Source: Monocercomonoides exilis PA203 | Lineage: Eukaryota > Protista > Preaxostyla | NCBI GenBank assembly: GCA_001643675.2 | Contig: LSRY02000005.1 | Coordinates: forward strand, 868,001 to 932,000 | Length of the DNA stretch: 64,000 nt | Reading direction: 5' to 3' | Shown: piece after piece, positions 47,291 to 59,800 of the stretch | Layout: each line of letters begins with the position of its first letter | Position numbering within the stretch: position 1 is the first letter of the stretch | Notes under the pieces: generated by a model | What the model was told of the DNA's origin: nothing | The model's database searches: none | Seen by the model: only the letters and a program-made list of their open reading frames with translations | Translations under genes and position numbers: made by a program

Positions 47291-50200
47291 AGAGGAGAAG
47301 AAGTTGAAGAAGAAGAGGAAGGATGGAAAGGAGGGAGGCCGACGGGAGAGCGGAAGAAAGGGGAAGAAGAGAAGGTGCTCTTAAAAGTGGACTGAGGTGT
47401 GGGGTAATATTTGGAAGGAGAAGGAACAAGAGAAGGAAGAGATTGCAAGCTGTGCCTATCGCTTGTCGTCTTCAGAGGAGGAGGAGAAATGAACGAAGGA
47501 GCAGAAGGATTGAAGGCGAAGGAGGAGAAAGTGGAAGAAGGAGAGGGAGAAGAGGGAGAAGATGCAGAAGAAGGAGAAGAGGAGGAGGGAGTTGAGGAAG
47601 GTGATGAGGAAGAAGAAGGTGATGGAGCAAAAGAACTGCTGCTTGGTGAAATGAAAGAAGAAGGAGAAAGAGAAGAAGATGACGATATTGTTGAATTAGT
47701 TGAAGAAGAAGAAGAAGAAGAAGACGAAGAAGAAGAAGAAGATGATGACGATGATGATAGGGATGAGGCCGAAGAACCTGTCGGAGCATGCGGAAATGCC
47801 TTGATCGACAGAAGAGAGGAAGAAAAAGGGTATTGTGGGTAGTTCATTGGAATCGACGATCCGTTCTGAATTCTGAATCGTTTTGAGAAGAAAGGCGAGT
47901 TGTATCTGAGCGGGTCAAACACGTCGTTGTGGAATGTGCTTTCGGGGCGCTGTCCAAAGGCAGGGGGAAACATGTGGACGATTGGCTTCTTCTTGAATGG
48001 CAGAGGAGGAGGCAGCACATGCAAATAGGTGAGCCTCTCGTGCAACTGCTGGGCGGTGATCGGCAGATGCGCCAGGGATGAATGGGGGAGAGAAGCAAGA
48101 GAGCGCTTTTCGGTACATTCCAGATAGCTGAAGGGCAGCTCATTGCCTTTGTTCCGTGTTAGACACGTGATTTTGCCGTTGGCCTTGCGAAGCAGCACAA
48201 GTGAACGCTTCTTCTTCCCATGCCCTGATGCTGAGTCTCCATCGTCCTGAAGCAGAAAACTGAGGGCGGCGCTTTCGCCTTCGTCTGAGGCAGCAGGAAG
48301 CCAGTTTGTGGGGCTGTGTTCCTTCATCTGCTGGATGAGTGCAGCATATCTCGGGTCTTCCTGAGTCATCAGCCTTCTCTCTCTCTCTCTTTCTTTCGCC
48401 TCTTTCTTCTTCCTTTCATATTCTTCTCTTCTCCTCTGCATGTTCTCGTGATACACCTTCCTGTTGAACATCAGCGTTTTTCTGTGTTCGACATCAGCTT
48501 TCCTCATCTCTGCCCTCATCCTCTCCAGCTTCGCCTCCAAATTCTCCAGAAACTGCTCCCGCTTCTGCGTAATCTCCGCAAACGGGTTCCTCGCCTTGTT
48601 TTTGGACTGGTCTTTCTCACTGGCTGTGGAGTGTGTCTTGGCCTTTGACGAATGCTGACTGCTTATTGCTCCGATGTCTGCGGACGTGTCTTCGTCGCCA
48701 AAAAGCGCTTTCCTCAGCTGTGAATCACTGCTCGCCCCGTTTTCCTCAAAAAAGTCGCCATTCACGCCACCACCATCACCACTGCCACTAACACTGCTAT
48801 TGATGCTTCCATTGATACTTCCATTTATATGCTCATTCACACTTCCTTCTCCTTCTCCAATACCTCCATAGCCATCGCTGCCAATTCCGCTTCCGCTGCC
48901 TGCTCCTTGTTCTTTGCGTGTTTCCGCCCGTGTTTTGTATCGACTCTCTTCGAAGGAGCGCCAAAGAAGACTAGCTTTGTCTGCCTTTGTTGCCCGGTAG
49001 GATGCCTCGCTCCCAGCAGAATAGCTGTAGAACCCTCTTGCCAGATCCTTCTTCTTCTTCTTTTTCCCAACAATCTTCTTCTTCTTCTTCTTCTTCTTTG
49101 TCATCTTCACTTTGTTGCTGGCTGCTCCTGCCAAGTAATATGTAGTCGTTGATGCCAATGCGGGTTTCCATTTCAGAATTTTTGCTTTGAATTTCTTTTT
49201 CTTCTTCTTCTTCTTTCTGGTTGTGATGCTTTCACCATCGCTCTGCTCGTCTGCTGCGCCTGAGGCATAATACGGTGCAGGGACAGGTGGAATGGTTGAT
49301 TTGAGTGAAGAAAGAAGAGCAGGCGCTGAATAAGAAGAGGAAGAAGAGGAAGAGGCAGAAGAAGAGAAAGCAGAAGAAGATAAGGAGGAAGAAGAAATGT
49401 TTGCTTTATCTCCATCAGAAAAGAGGGCTTCAAAGAAGGAAGTTGGAGAAGGTGCTGGGATGTATGGATTGTACCAGTCTTGTGATTGGGCAGGATCAGA
49501 CGATGTTTCCGTGCTTTTGACAGCAGGCGGAGGATAATAACTGAGAAGATGGTGAAAAAAAAAAGGAATTTACAAAAGAATGGAAATTGGATTTATTTTA
49601 CGGAAATATAACAGAGAAATTAAATAAACGAATAATAAAGTTGTTAATAAATGAAAATAACAATAATTTCTTAACAATATAAAGCATCACACCTATTTGT
49701 CTCTTTCTCTTCACTCACCGCTTCTTCTGTGTGCCTCCCTGGTCTCATAGGCCTTGGAGGCCTTCCTCTCTTTCTTTTCTTTATCTCTTCCGCAGATAAC
49801 GAAGAAGAAGAAGAAGAAGAAGATGATGATGACGATGATGAAGATGAAGATGAAGACGACGACGACGAAGAAGAAGAGGAAGAGGATGATGATAATTTCT
49901 GTCCTTTTACCAGTTTGTGCCTCTGTTTGAGTGAGCGAATTCTGCTTCCAGGCAGTTTTGACAGGAATTTGTAGTTAGAGATTGCCCCGTTCATCTGCAG
50001 GCCATCCTTCGAATGTGAATTTTTTAACCAAATTCCTCTTTTTGTGTGGTGTTTCTGCTGATACGAAAGAGAAGCCGAAGCAGAATTAGAAGTCGATGAA
50101 GAAGATAAAGAAGAAGAAGAAGAAGAAGAAGCTGATAATGAAGCAGCAGCAGCAGCTACTGCTATATCCAACAGATCTTCAATCACCGTCTTCCGCTTGC

Positions 50201-53097
50201 GCTTATTCTTCTTCTCAACTTTGACTGTTTGCTCAGATTCTCCGCCATTTGTTTGAGACGTTTGTGTTTGCGCGCACTTTTCTGTCTGTTCCTCATTCAA
50301 TTTGTTTGAATTCTCATTCGTTCCACCTTGTTTGGTGTCTTCATCCAATGTCAGTTCGCTTTCTTCTTTTGTTTTCTCCTCTAATTTCATCTGAGATGCT
50401 TCCACTTCTGCTGAAATCGAAGACAGCAGCTCTTCTTTCATCACATCAATTGACTGGCTTTTTTGGCTCTTCTGCTTCTTCGGCTTCTTTTGCCTCTCTT
50501 CTTTTTCATTCGCTTTCACTCCTTCTTTTGCTGTCTCTGTCATTCCATTTGTCATTTTAGCTTCTGTTTTAACACTTCCCTCATGCTCATTTCCTTCTTT
50601 TTCATCCTCCTCCATCTCACCCGACGGCGACAAATCATCCGAAATCAGTTTTTTCATCTTCTTCCTCATCTTCCTCTCTGAAATCGCCTTCACATTCGCA
50701 ATCGAACTTCTAACCCCCAATTTCTCTGTGTTAGCAGACTGCTGTTGCTGTTGTTGCTGCTGCTGATGATGAAGATTGCTCCTCTGCTCAGCCAAATGGC
50801 GCGAGCGGCGCTTCTTCGAGCCTTTGCTCTGGTTCAGCAGCTGCCGCAGCGCCACACTCACTGAATCTTGTTCTCTGGTGTCTGTACAGTCAATCAAGTT
50901 TTGTATCTCTTTCATCCCAAAATAAGAACATCCCTTTGATTTTCCTGTCTTTTGGCGGTGAGAGGACTTTAGATGAGCGCCTTCTGAGGCTGCAGAATAC
51001 GAGTTGTGTGCGATATTCACATTTGGAAGGGGAAGACGAGGTAAAGAAGAAGAAGAAGAGGAGGAGGAGGAAGAAGAAGAGGAAGAAGAAGATTCTGATG
51101 CAATTGGAGATGAAGATGTTGCATGTGTTGATGTTGATTGAGATGATGAATGAATGGAAAGTGATTTCGACTGTGATGAAGCGTCTACCGATGCAAAACA
51201 CGATTTTCCATCTGAAGAGCCATCGAGAGGAGCAAATGAAGCAAAATCAGCTGAAATCTGCTGTTCTTCCTCAGATTGAATGGATGAGGCAGTCAATGAA
51301 TTCAATTTGAAAGGAAGGGGAGGAGGAGAAACGTTGCGGCAAATGTAGTCCTTCATCGACGAAGAAAGCGAAAATGGAAATGAAAATGAAAAAGAACTTG
51401 GAGAAACGGACGATGGATTAATTGAAGCTGAAGAAGCAGAAGAGACAGAATCTGTCTTTGAAGACAATATTTCAGTTGATGAGGATGAAGATAAAGAAGA
51501 AGAAGTCGCATTCAAATCCACTTCTCCTGTTTCAACTTGCTCTTGATTGGACGGTTCAACGTCCATTGACAATGAAGCAGATAGCAACGCGGAATCTTCT
51601 TTGATTGAATTCTGTTCAGATGCACTGAACTTAGCATTTTTGTCTGATCCTTCAAGAGCAGACGCTTCGCTGGATGCTGATGACATTTCTGTTTCAGAAG
51701 TGTTTTGTTCTAATTTTGGAGTTTTCAAACTGTTCGAATCAAATGAGATGTTCTCACTGCTAATAGACGATCCTTTCATTTGTGAGCCTTCCAACAAACA
51801 ACTTGACTGAGAATGCTCGATTTCCATATGTGAATCATCTGATTGACCGGAAATAGCTAACATTTGCTGATCTTGTTCTGCGTCTGCCTTTTTTTCGTTG
51901 TAAACATCCTTCGGAATCAATTTCAGCCCCAAAACGCCTTCTTTTCGTTTCTCTTTGTCACAAATATACTCTCCAAGCTCAACAGACACAATATCTTCTT
52001 TCTCTTCTTCAGTGTCCTTTTCACCTGAATTGTCTGAAATCATATTTTCCCCTTCTTTTTTCTCTCCTCTCCTTTTGAAGCAAAGTCTGACTGTACGGCG
52101 AATCTCACATCGATCTTGAACGGTCTCTTCTGAACTCTCGTTTGATCTCTTTTCAGTCGGCAATGCATCTGAAGACGCTTCATCCATCAATGATTGATTT
52201 TCTGGTAATTCGATTTCTTCAACCCGGACGTACTTTGTGTAAAACTGTGTTTTCTTCTTTCTCTCTCTTTTCTTTTTTTTGCGTTTGAGTGTTGCTGTCG
52301 TTGATTCATCTTCCTCATTTTCTGGCTCTAAAGAGTAATTACTTTCTTCTTCAGTGGTCTGCTCGCTCACCAAACCTTCATTAAAGCTTATTTCTTGTTT
52401 TAGCAAACTTTTAAATCGGGACAAATCATGGAATGGATCTTTAACATTGTTTTCCGTTTTTATTTCATTTTCCTCTGAAGGATTAATATGCGGCTCAACA
52501 AATTCATTTAACTCTTTCGTCCAGTACTCAATGTATTTTTTACCACTTTCGTTAATGCGTTGCTGTAATATTTCTGGAAGTTCAGAAGTCCTTCATGTAA
52601 AATTCATTAAACATTTGAAACTCTCTAATTTTCTCTTAAAAAGCAAATATATCAAACTTCATTCTCGTTGTTGAAATATTTAATCGTGCTAATTTGTGTG
52701 CTTGATCATTTTCATTCGACTGAAAAAAATAAGCCACAGAAAACAACAAAAATCAAGAAAAAAGCAATTATTAACAAAATTTTCAGTGAAAATGAACAAT
52801 CAAACTTCATGTGAATCTGGAAAATTAGCGTTTATATGGAATAGAATAAAATAATAATATATAAACTTTCTTTGCTTATCAAATAAAAAAATTAAATAAA
52901 CTTTTTAAGATTTTATTCTTTTCGCTGGATAAAGGAAGACCATTTTCTATTTTTGGAGTAGGATTATCCAGATTACGCTTTTCTTTCGAATCGTTCAACA
53001 AATAGTTAATAAGTTCATCGGGGTTAGCTTTGCATGTATCTAAGCAATCTTCTGACGAGAACAGACGAGATATAAAATTTTTAGCCTCTTCTGTCAT
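39736..53097 (-). CDS. Giant (~4323 aa) Ser/Lys/Glu-rich low-complexity, probably nuclear, protein; 5 exons
   Basis: Exons 53097-52902, 52816-52806, 52719-52658, 52590-49693 and 49540-39736 join by GT-AG introns into one open frame, merging three ORF-track entries. Has poly-Lys NLS-like tracts and a KRGRPP AT-hook-like motif. Confidence 0.8.
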
Positions 53098-53270
53098 GCC
53101 GTCTTAAGATTAGTAATTAACAATGAACTTATCCCCGCTATTTTCAATTCGTAGCAAGAATTAAATGAAAGATACTGTTTGAAGATTGATCAATGCCCAT
53201 ATTTAATAGAATTGAAAATTTTATTTCTGGCTATTATTGCTTTCACGACGTTTTGTCATTAACATTTTTT

Positions 53271-56200
53271 TCACTTATGATTTATTAAAGATGAGCAAAG
53301 TCTGTACGGAGAAGTTGAAAGTAAATTCGTCTTTGCAACTGAAGTTCTTTGTACTTTTGCATTTTCTGAAAGAATCGTCAATGCAGGATGCTCAGATTGT
53401 TCGACTCTATGTAATTCATTGTACGATCGTCCTTTATATGAATAAATATCTGATGAACTATGCGAAGAGCAAAGAAAATGCGATTCTGATTGGCTTTGAG
53501 ACACAGTCACCGGAAGAATGTATTTGTCAATGTCCTTGCGAGTAATTCTATACCTATCGCAAAACAATTCCTTTCCCCAACCGTGATCAAAATCCTCTTC
53601 ATAAGAGTATATCGTCCCATTAATGTGAACAGAATGATTTGGTAATGGGTAATGATCTGTTTCTTTCGGAGTTTTTGAGAGTTGCATATGTTTAACGTAA
53701 AGAAAATCGATAGGAGACAATGTTGATAAAAGACTTTGTGGGCGCGATGAATCTCCGTTGTTATCAAAATTGAAAATTTGAGGAGAAGAAGAAATTCTAT
53801 CAGGAAAAATACCATAAGCAGATTGATTGATGTGATTATTGAAAGATTTTGGAAATTCTGACTTTATTGAAGCTTCTTCTATTGATGCATTTGAACGACT
53901 AATTAATGCTCTGCTGGCACCCATCTGAGACGCTCCAAGCGAAGAAACAGGAAGAACAGGAAATTTCGAAGAAAAAACTGCTTGAGGGCTGATTGGAGCC
54001 CGAGACCGTATTTGTGGCTGAGAGAAGTAAAGCCCACTTTGATAGATGCTTTTTGCAGGAATTTGGTGTTTGAATTGGAAAATTGGCACATAAAGCGGAG
54101 AAGCAGGCTGGGAAGATAACAGCTCAGTGAACGAAGATTCTTCAGTTTGTATTCCTTCTGTTACCTTCTCTGGAATATCTTTATCATTCTTCAATAAAAG
54201 AGGTGGATTTTGATTGTCCCTTGCCAACACACTTGCACTCTGTTCTTTGCTGTTTTCTTGGTGCTGCTTTGTGAATTGAACTGAATTGGATGTTTGAAGA
54301 GATTCTGGCCGACTCAATGCCAAAGAATCTTCATCAAAATGGCTGCTCAATGAAAGTGAAGAAGGAACCGCTATTTTCTTTGACAAAGATGAAAGCGAAC
54401 AAGCAAGGCGCGCAGATGAATTCAGCGTTTTTTTCTCGCTCTTTGGAGAATCAGAAGAAGACGTCCTTTTTGGAGGAGGAGGTGGTGGAGGAAATAATTG
54501 CATTGGTTTGTGAGCCTGTTGAGGTGATTTCTGAACAGATGGGTTCTTCTTTGAAGGAGTTGTCTGACGAGAAGAAGAAGAAGAAGAAGAAGTGAGAGAT
54601 GAAGGAGGAGGTGGTGGTGGAGGTGGTGGAGGAGGAGGAACTGGAGATGAAGATGAATGGCGAAGAGACTGTGACAGCAATGGCCCTCTCTCATGTGTTG
54701 ATGCTTTTGAAGTTGCACTGGTATTCTGATTAGACTCAATGTAATACAACTGAAGCTGAGCTGTTCTCTGCATTGGCTGTGTGCTTTGCTCTCTTTCTGT
54801 CTCTGTTGAATCATCTGCAGAATCATCTGAAGAATCATCTGCTGATGTAGAAGCAGATACAGATGAAGATACAACTTGCTCAGAAGCAGAGAGACAAGAA
54901 GGAGAAACACTTTCTCTTTCAAAATGCGATCTTTGTGTTGTTTGAAATGTTGTTTGAGCTTCATCCAACACTGGTTCTTCTGTTGCTTCTGCTGTGATTG
55001 CTTGACTTAATGAATTTTTTGGTTTTTCGTTCTGATTTTTTATTTTTGTTTCGTCTTTGTTTTCTTGTTTAATATTTCTTTTTGATTCATCATCATCATC
55101 ATCTTCCTCTTCCTCTTCCTCTTCCTCCTCCTCCTCTTCTTCATCCTCTTCATCCTCCTCCTCCTCCTCCTCTTCTTTTTCTTCCTCTTCTTCTTCAAAT
55201 TCATCTTCTTCGACTTCTTTCCTTTCATTTTTTTGTATATTTTCTGTTTCCTCTTTTTCTTTCGCTTTTTCTGATTTCTTCATCCAATCATCTTCAAATG
55301 TTGCTGCCTTTGTCCATTCTTTGTTATTTGTCTCTTCTGTCCCTGTTGCTTCTTCTATCTCTCTTTTTTCTTTTTCTTTCTCATTTTTTTCATTTTCGAT
55401 CTGGCTATTTTGTTGTAGTTGATCCTTGACATGCTCATTCATTTCCCTCTTTTCACTTTTTTCTCTTTTTTCACTTTTTTCGCTTTCTTTCATTTCTTGC
55501 ATTTTGTTTTTGGATGAAAGTATCTCCTTCAATTCAGCTGTTATTGACTCCACTTCTTTTCTAGCCTCTTTCATGTTTATTGGTTTTCCATTCTCTGAAT
55601 CTTGAGTTGATTCACTCCTTTTTTCTGCTTTTATTTCATTTCGTTCTGTTTGCATTCCACTCCGCTGGCTGCCAATTGAAATGACGCTCTGAAGAGCATC
55701 GTCAATACAGAACGAAACTGTTGAAAAATCAACAGGAAGATATGGTTCTGCAAAAAATGGCGATGGATATTCAGAATTTCGCTGATAAAAAATTCCATGC
55801 GAAGTATTAGAGAAGTACGGAATGACTGAAAGTGTCATTGGCTCCATTGAAGAAAATCTCATGGATTGATGCGATAGGCTTTCCGACAATGTTGAATTGC
55901 AGGTTGATGAAGACGTAGAAAGTGATTGATTTGATGATGAAAGAGAAGAAGCATCTGGCTGTTTTATTTGTTTTGGTGTAGAAATAAGATTTAGTGGAGG
56001 TGGTACTTCTGCCTTATATTCATTTTCTCTCGAATCTGATTCATGAAGTATGGTTATACAATTGTCATTTTCCCTTTCGTTATCAAACTTAATGCTATTC
56101 AAAGATTTTGAAGACTGAATTGGACTCGACAAAATACTAGTTTCATTGCTTTCAGGAAAAGAAAAGGCCATATATGATGCGATATTTGAATTCGTTGATC

Positions 56201-56627
56201 GTTGTGATTCGCTTTGAGAAACAGGTGATGAAATTGGTGTTATTCGACTTTTTTGTTCAAAGAATTCATTTTGTATGGACTTACCATTGGAAGGTGATGA
56301 ATTATATGAGTTTCTAATTTCGCAACATTCTTTTGGATCAATTTTTTGAGCTTCATTCGATTCAAAGGATTTTGACAGCTTATTGTCAGAATTTCTTGAA
56401 TTTGGACTTTCTATAATTGTAGAGAAAGATAAATCTTTATTAACATAGTCTTTGATCAGACAATCTTCCCAGTTTCTTTTCTTTTTCGGGCGTGGTCTTG
56501 AACGAGGAGTACTTTGATCAAATGTATTTTTTGTTGGAGTTTTGAAATGGTCCTCGTTTTGTGGAGGACGTGGATCAAAGCTCTGATCTAGAGAAGAATC
56601 GTGCAGTTTATTATTTTCACATGACAT
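53271..56627 (-). CDS. Hypothetical low-complexity protein (poly-Glu, poly-Pro)
   Basis: About 1,120 uninterrupted codons; first ATG at 56627; no domain recognised; ends could be altered by splicing. Confidence 0.75.
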   Translation of the reverse strand: MSCENNKLHDSSLDQSFDPRPPQNEDHFKTPTKNTFDQSTPRSRPRPKKKRNWEDCLIKDYVNKDLSFSTIIESPNSRNSDNKLSKSFESNEAQKIDPKECCEIRNSYNSSPSNGKSIQNEFFEQKSRITPISSPVSQSESQRSTNSNIASYMAFSFPESNETSILSSPIQSSKSLNSIKFDNERENDNCITILHESDSRENEYKAEVPPPLNLISTPKQIKQPDASSLSSSNQSLSTSSSTCNSTLSESLSHQSMRFSSMEPMTLSVIPYFSNTSHGIFYQRNSEYPSPFFAEPYLPVDFSTVSFCIDDALQSVISIGSQRSGMQTERNEIKAEKRSESTQDSENGKPINMKEARKEVESITAELKEILSSKNKMQEMKESEKSEKREKSEKREMNEHVKDQLQQNSQIENEKNEKEKEKREIEEATGTEETNNKEWTKAATFEDDWMKKSEKAKEKEETENIQKNERKEVEEDEFEEEEEEKEEEEEEEDEEDEEEEEEEEEEEEEDDDDDESKRNIKQENKDETKIKNQNEKPKNSLSQAITAEATEEPVLDEAQTTFQTTQRSHFERESVSPSCLSASEQVVSSSVSASTSADDSSDDSADDSTETEREQSTQPMQRTAQLQLYYIESNQNTSATSKASTHERGPLLSQSLRHSSSSPVPPPPPPPPPPPPSSLTSSSSSSSRQTTPSKKNPSVQKSPQQAHKPMQLFPPPPPPPKRTSSSDSPKSEKKTLNSSARLACSLSSLSKKIAVPSSLSLSSHFDEDSLALSRPESLQTSNSVQFTKQHQENSKEQSASVLARDNQNPPLLLKNDKDIPEKVTEGIQTEESSFTELLSSQPASPLYVPIFQFKHQIPAKSIYQSGLYFSQPQIRSRAPISPQAVFSSKFPVLPVSSLGASQMGASRALISRSNASIEEASIKSEFPKSFNNHINQSAYGIFPDRISSSPQIFNFDNNGDSSRPQSLLSTLSPIDFLYVKHMQLSKTPKETDHYPLPNHSVHINGTIYSYEEDFDHGWGKELFCDRYRITRKDIDKYILPVTVSQSQSESHFLCSSHSSSDIYSYKGRSYNELHRVEQSEHPALTILSENAKVQRTSVAKTNLLSTSPYRLCSSLINHK

Positions 56628-56895
56628 CAAAAATCCTGAGAGTAACAAATATTACAAAATATCACAAAAGTCTCTTCGAAATAAAGAATAAAAAAGCATA
56701 CATCCAAAATAGAAGAAATAGAATAAAAAACAACGGATATCCAAAAAATCTTAAAGCTATCAGATAAACTTAAACTTGCTGTTAACTTAAATTTAAAATG
56801 AAAGTAATCATTAACAAAAAATTAAGGTTTTATAATTTTTACAGATCGAATAGGTTGTAAGGCATTTAACAATAATTTACAATTTTTATCCGGTT

Positions 56896-59800
56896 TTATC
56901 TTCCCCAACTCCATATTTCAATGTCATCAATGAAAAAGTCGTGGTTACGAGATAGCACTGGATTTGCAAAAGTTTCAGAATAATCGCTTGTTCCCCTTAG
57001 CATTCCATCAGATATGCTAAGTGACCACGAAGATCCGCTTCCAAAGGCAATGCGCTGGAGAGAAGAATGGATGAACAATGTGGTTGCTTTTGTTGCCCCA
57101 AAGCAATCCAGAACAAGAAGAGGAGCGGCAGCTGAAGGAGAAGATGAACTTCGAGTATCTTTAGCATTAACAGCAGCAGAAGAAGAAGAAAATGAAGATG
57201 TATTTGAAGCAGGCACATTGCGAAAACGAAACAGGAAGCATTCATTTGTTCCATAGCACCTCCCTTGCTGTCTGAGCGTGTGGGAGCAAAAACAGCCAAA
57301 TATGTTATCATTCAACTTGTCAAATGACGCATCTGGAAGAGCATCACCTCTCCCAGCAGAAGAAGAAGAGGAGGAAGAAGAAGAAGAAGAAACAAAAGGT
57401 CTGCGAGCTTCCTTCACCACAAACAGGACTGGTGTGTTGAGCGAAGGCACACCGCCGCGGCTGTCTGAGAAAGGCACTCCAAACGGGAGAGCAGCACAGC
57501 GAGAGAAGACAGTTGTGAAGGAAGTGCCATGCCTGCTCTTGGCAAAGAGGAGGCGCCAGGTGAGTGTGCTGGGTGGAGATAGAGGGGGCAAGGAAGATAA
57601 GGAGGAGGAAGAAGATAATGAAGAGGAAGAGGAAGAGGAAGAGGAAGAGGAGGAAGAAGAAGAAGAAGATGATGATGATGATGACTGTGTTGCAGTGGAT
57701 GGAGAAGACAAAACCGACAAAATAACTGACCTCGGAAGCGACCTCTGCAAAAGCGCCAGATGTTGCTCAGTCAAAAATGTTGTGTGCGAAGACGGGAAAA
57801 GCACTGGACGGGGCAATTTCGGGTTGGCTGCAAAGAACTCTTCGCTTTTCATTGAAGGAACAGAGGCGCAATACGAAACAAGAGTTGGGTGGCTCTTCTG
57901 CAACTCTTCGATGCCTGCCCGTATCTGCATAACTTCCCATTCTTTGTCCTCTGGCTTCTGCTCCTCTGATTCTTTCTCCTCATCTCTATCTTTCCCTTTC
58001 CCTTTCTCTTTCCCTTTTTCCTTCTCCTTCTCCTTCTCTTTCTTGCGATTGTTGCTTTTCGCTGAACTTGGTTTGTCTGCATCATCCTCTCTTAATCTTG
58101 AAGATGATTGATTTAACCCTTCTTTCCTGTCTAATTTTGATGGAGAGCTGCCAATCGACGCCATCTCCTTCGCAATCTGCCTTGTGAGTGCAGCTGTGTC
58201 AATGCCAATGTTGATGTCCTCTGAACTGATCATCGCTTTCTCCTCTTTCTTCTTCCGCTGCTTTCTTTGCATCATTTTCACCTCCATCATATTCCTGATC
58301 TCTTTATCTTGTTCTTCTCTGGCCACTTTCTTCTGCTCTTCTGTTTTCTCCTTGTTCTTCTGCTCCAATCGTGTTCTTTCTCTTTCAATCCACATTTCTT
58401 CCATAACACGATGGCAGATCTCAATTTCTTCCATCCTCAATGCCTGTTTCGCCATCAGCTTCCTCAACTTATGCTTGTCCCGCTCATCTTTTGACTCCAC
58501 CAATCTTCTTCTTTCCCTCTCAAACTTCTTCTCCCTCTCTTTCTCTCTTTCTCTATCCCTCTTCACCAAGAACATCTCCATCTCCTTCTTCGTCTTCCCG
58601 TTCCTCTCCTCGTGTTCTGCTTCCTCCACTTGAGACGCCAACACTCGGAATTCTTGTTCTGACTGCTCAACAAGATGTTTATCGCGCCTTTGTTCAAACT
58701 GAGTAGCAAATGCAGAAAGTGCCGAGGCTTCGTCAGCAAGCGAGCGGCGGGCTGTTCGAATGATATTTTTCGCTTTGGAGAAGAAAGAGAAGACATATGA
58801 CGGGATCTGAGTATCTGTGAAGCTATTTGATCCACTTTCATTGAAAGAACAAGAAACTGACTGATTCTTATAACAAGCTGCTGGCTTCAACAAACCAGCA
58901 GATGAAACAGAAGAGCATGAGAATGTCTCTTCTCTCTCTGCAACTTCCTTCAAAAAGGCCAAAGGAATCATCAGAGGCATCACAACTGTTCTGGTAATGG
59001 ACGAAGCAGTCTGCGCCATGAGAGTCAAGAAAGACTGCACCGGAGACGAAGAAGGCAGCACATTTACAAGAGGAAGCGGTACTTGTGCAGCATTGCTAAC
59101 AGAAGAAGGCTGTTTGACATTTACAGTTTTGGATCGGAAAGGAAGAAATGACAGAGATTCACGGCGGGCAGACTGAGAATTCACAAAAGAGGAGGCAGTT
59201 GAATGTGTAGCAATTGGCAGAGTTGGCATCGAACGCTTGTTCGAAGCAGCAGCAGCAGCAGAAGAAGAAGAAGAAGAAGAAGAAGAAGACAGAAAGATAT
59301 TCGGTCTCAAAGAAGAAATCTGACGTTGAGCGCTGAGTGGCGACGATGCGTCAAAAATGGAGGAATCCAACGCGGAAGACAAAGAGAACGTGCTTGAAGG
59401 AGCGACAGCTGCAGCCACTTCTGCTGTTGCTGCTGCTGATGCTTTTGAGTGTGCCACGTGGAAAGGAGAGCGCAGTGGCTCAATTTGCGATGCAGACGAT
59501 GAGACAGACTTTGATCGAGTGATTGACTGATTTCTGCGGAGAGCAGACTGCAAGTGAGGAGCGCGGGTGAAGAGATAGGAAGAGGTGAGAACGGACTCTG
59601 GGGAATTGGATGAGTCGGGCTTTGGAGGTGAATGCGTGGAGGAATTTGTGGTATTGCTATTGCCATTGTTACTGTTACTGTTCAGTGTTTTCACCAGCGA
59701 AAATGAAGAAAGTGGGACTTCAAGTGGAGAGCGAATGGGTAATGAATGTGAAGAAGAAGAAGAAGATGATGATGATTTTGTGGAAGAAACGGATTCTTTG

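Noticed and set aside
40883-47842. Many plus-strand Glu/Gly-rich ORFs (for example 46226..46930), and similar antisense ORFs at 13.7-25.7 kb and 57-63.5 kb
   Set aside because: They are antisense shadows of poly-Ser/Pro or poly-Glu codon runs in the real minus-strand genes.
13537-53097. Both giant gene models come to exactly 12,972 coding nt
   Set aside because: No sequence similarity between them and the lengths depend on predicted splice sites; treated as coincidence.
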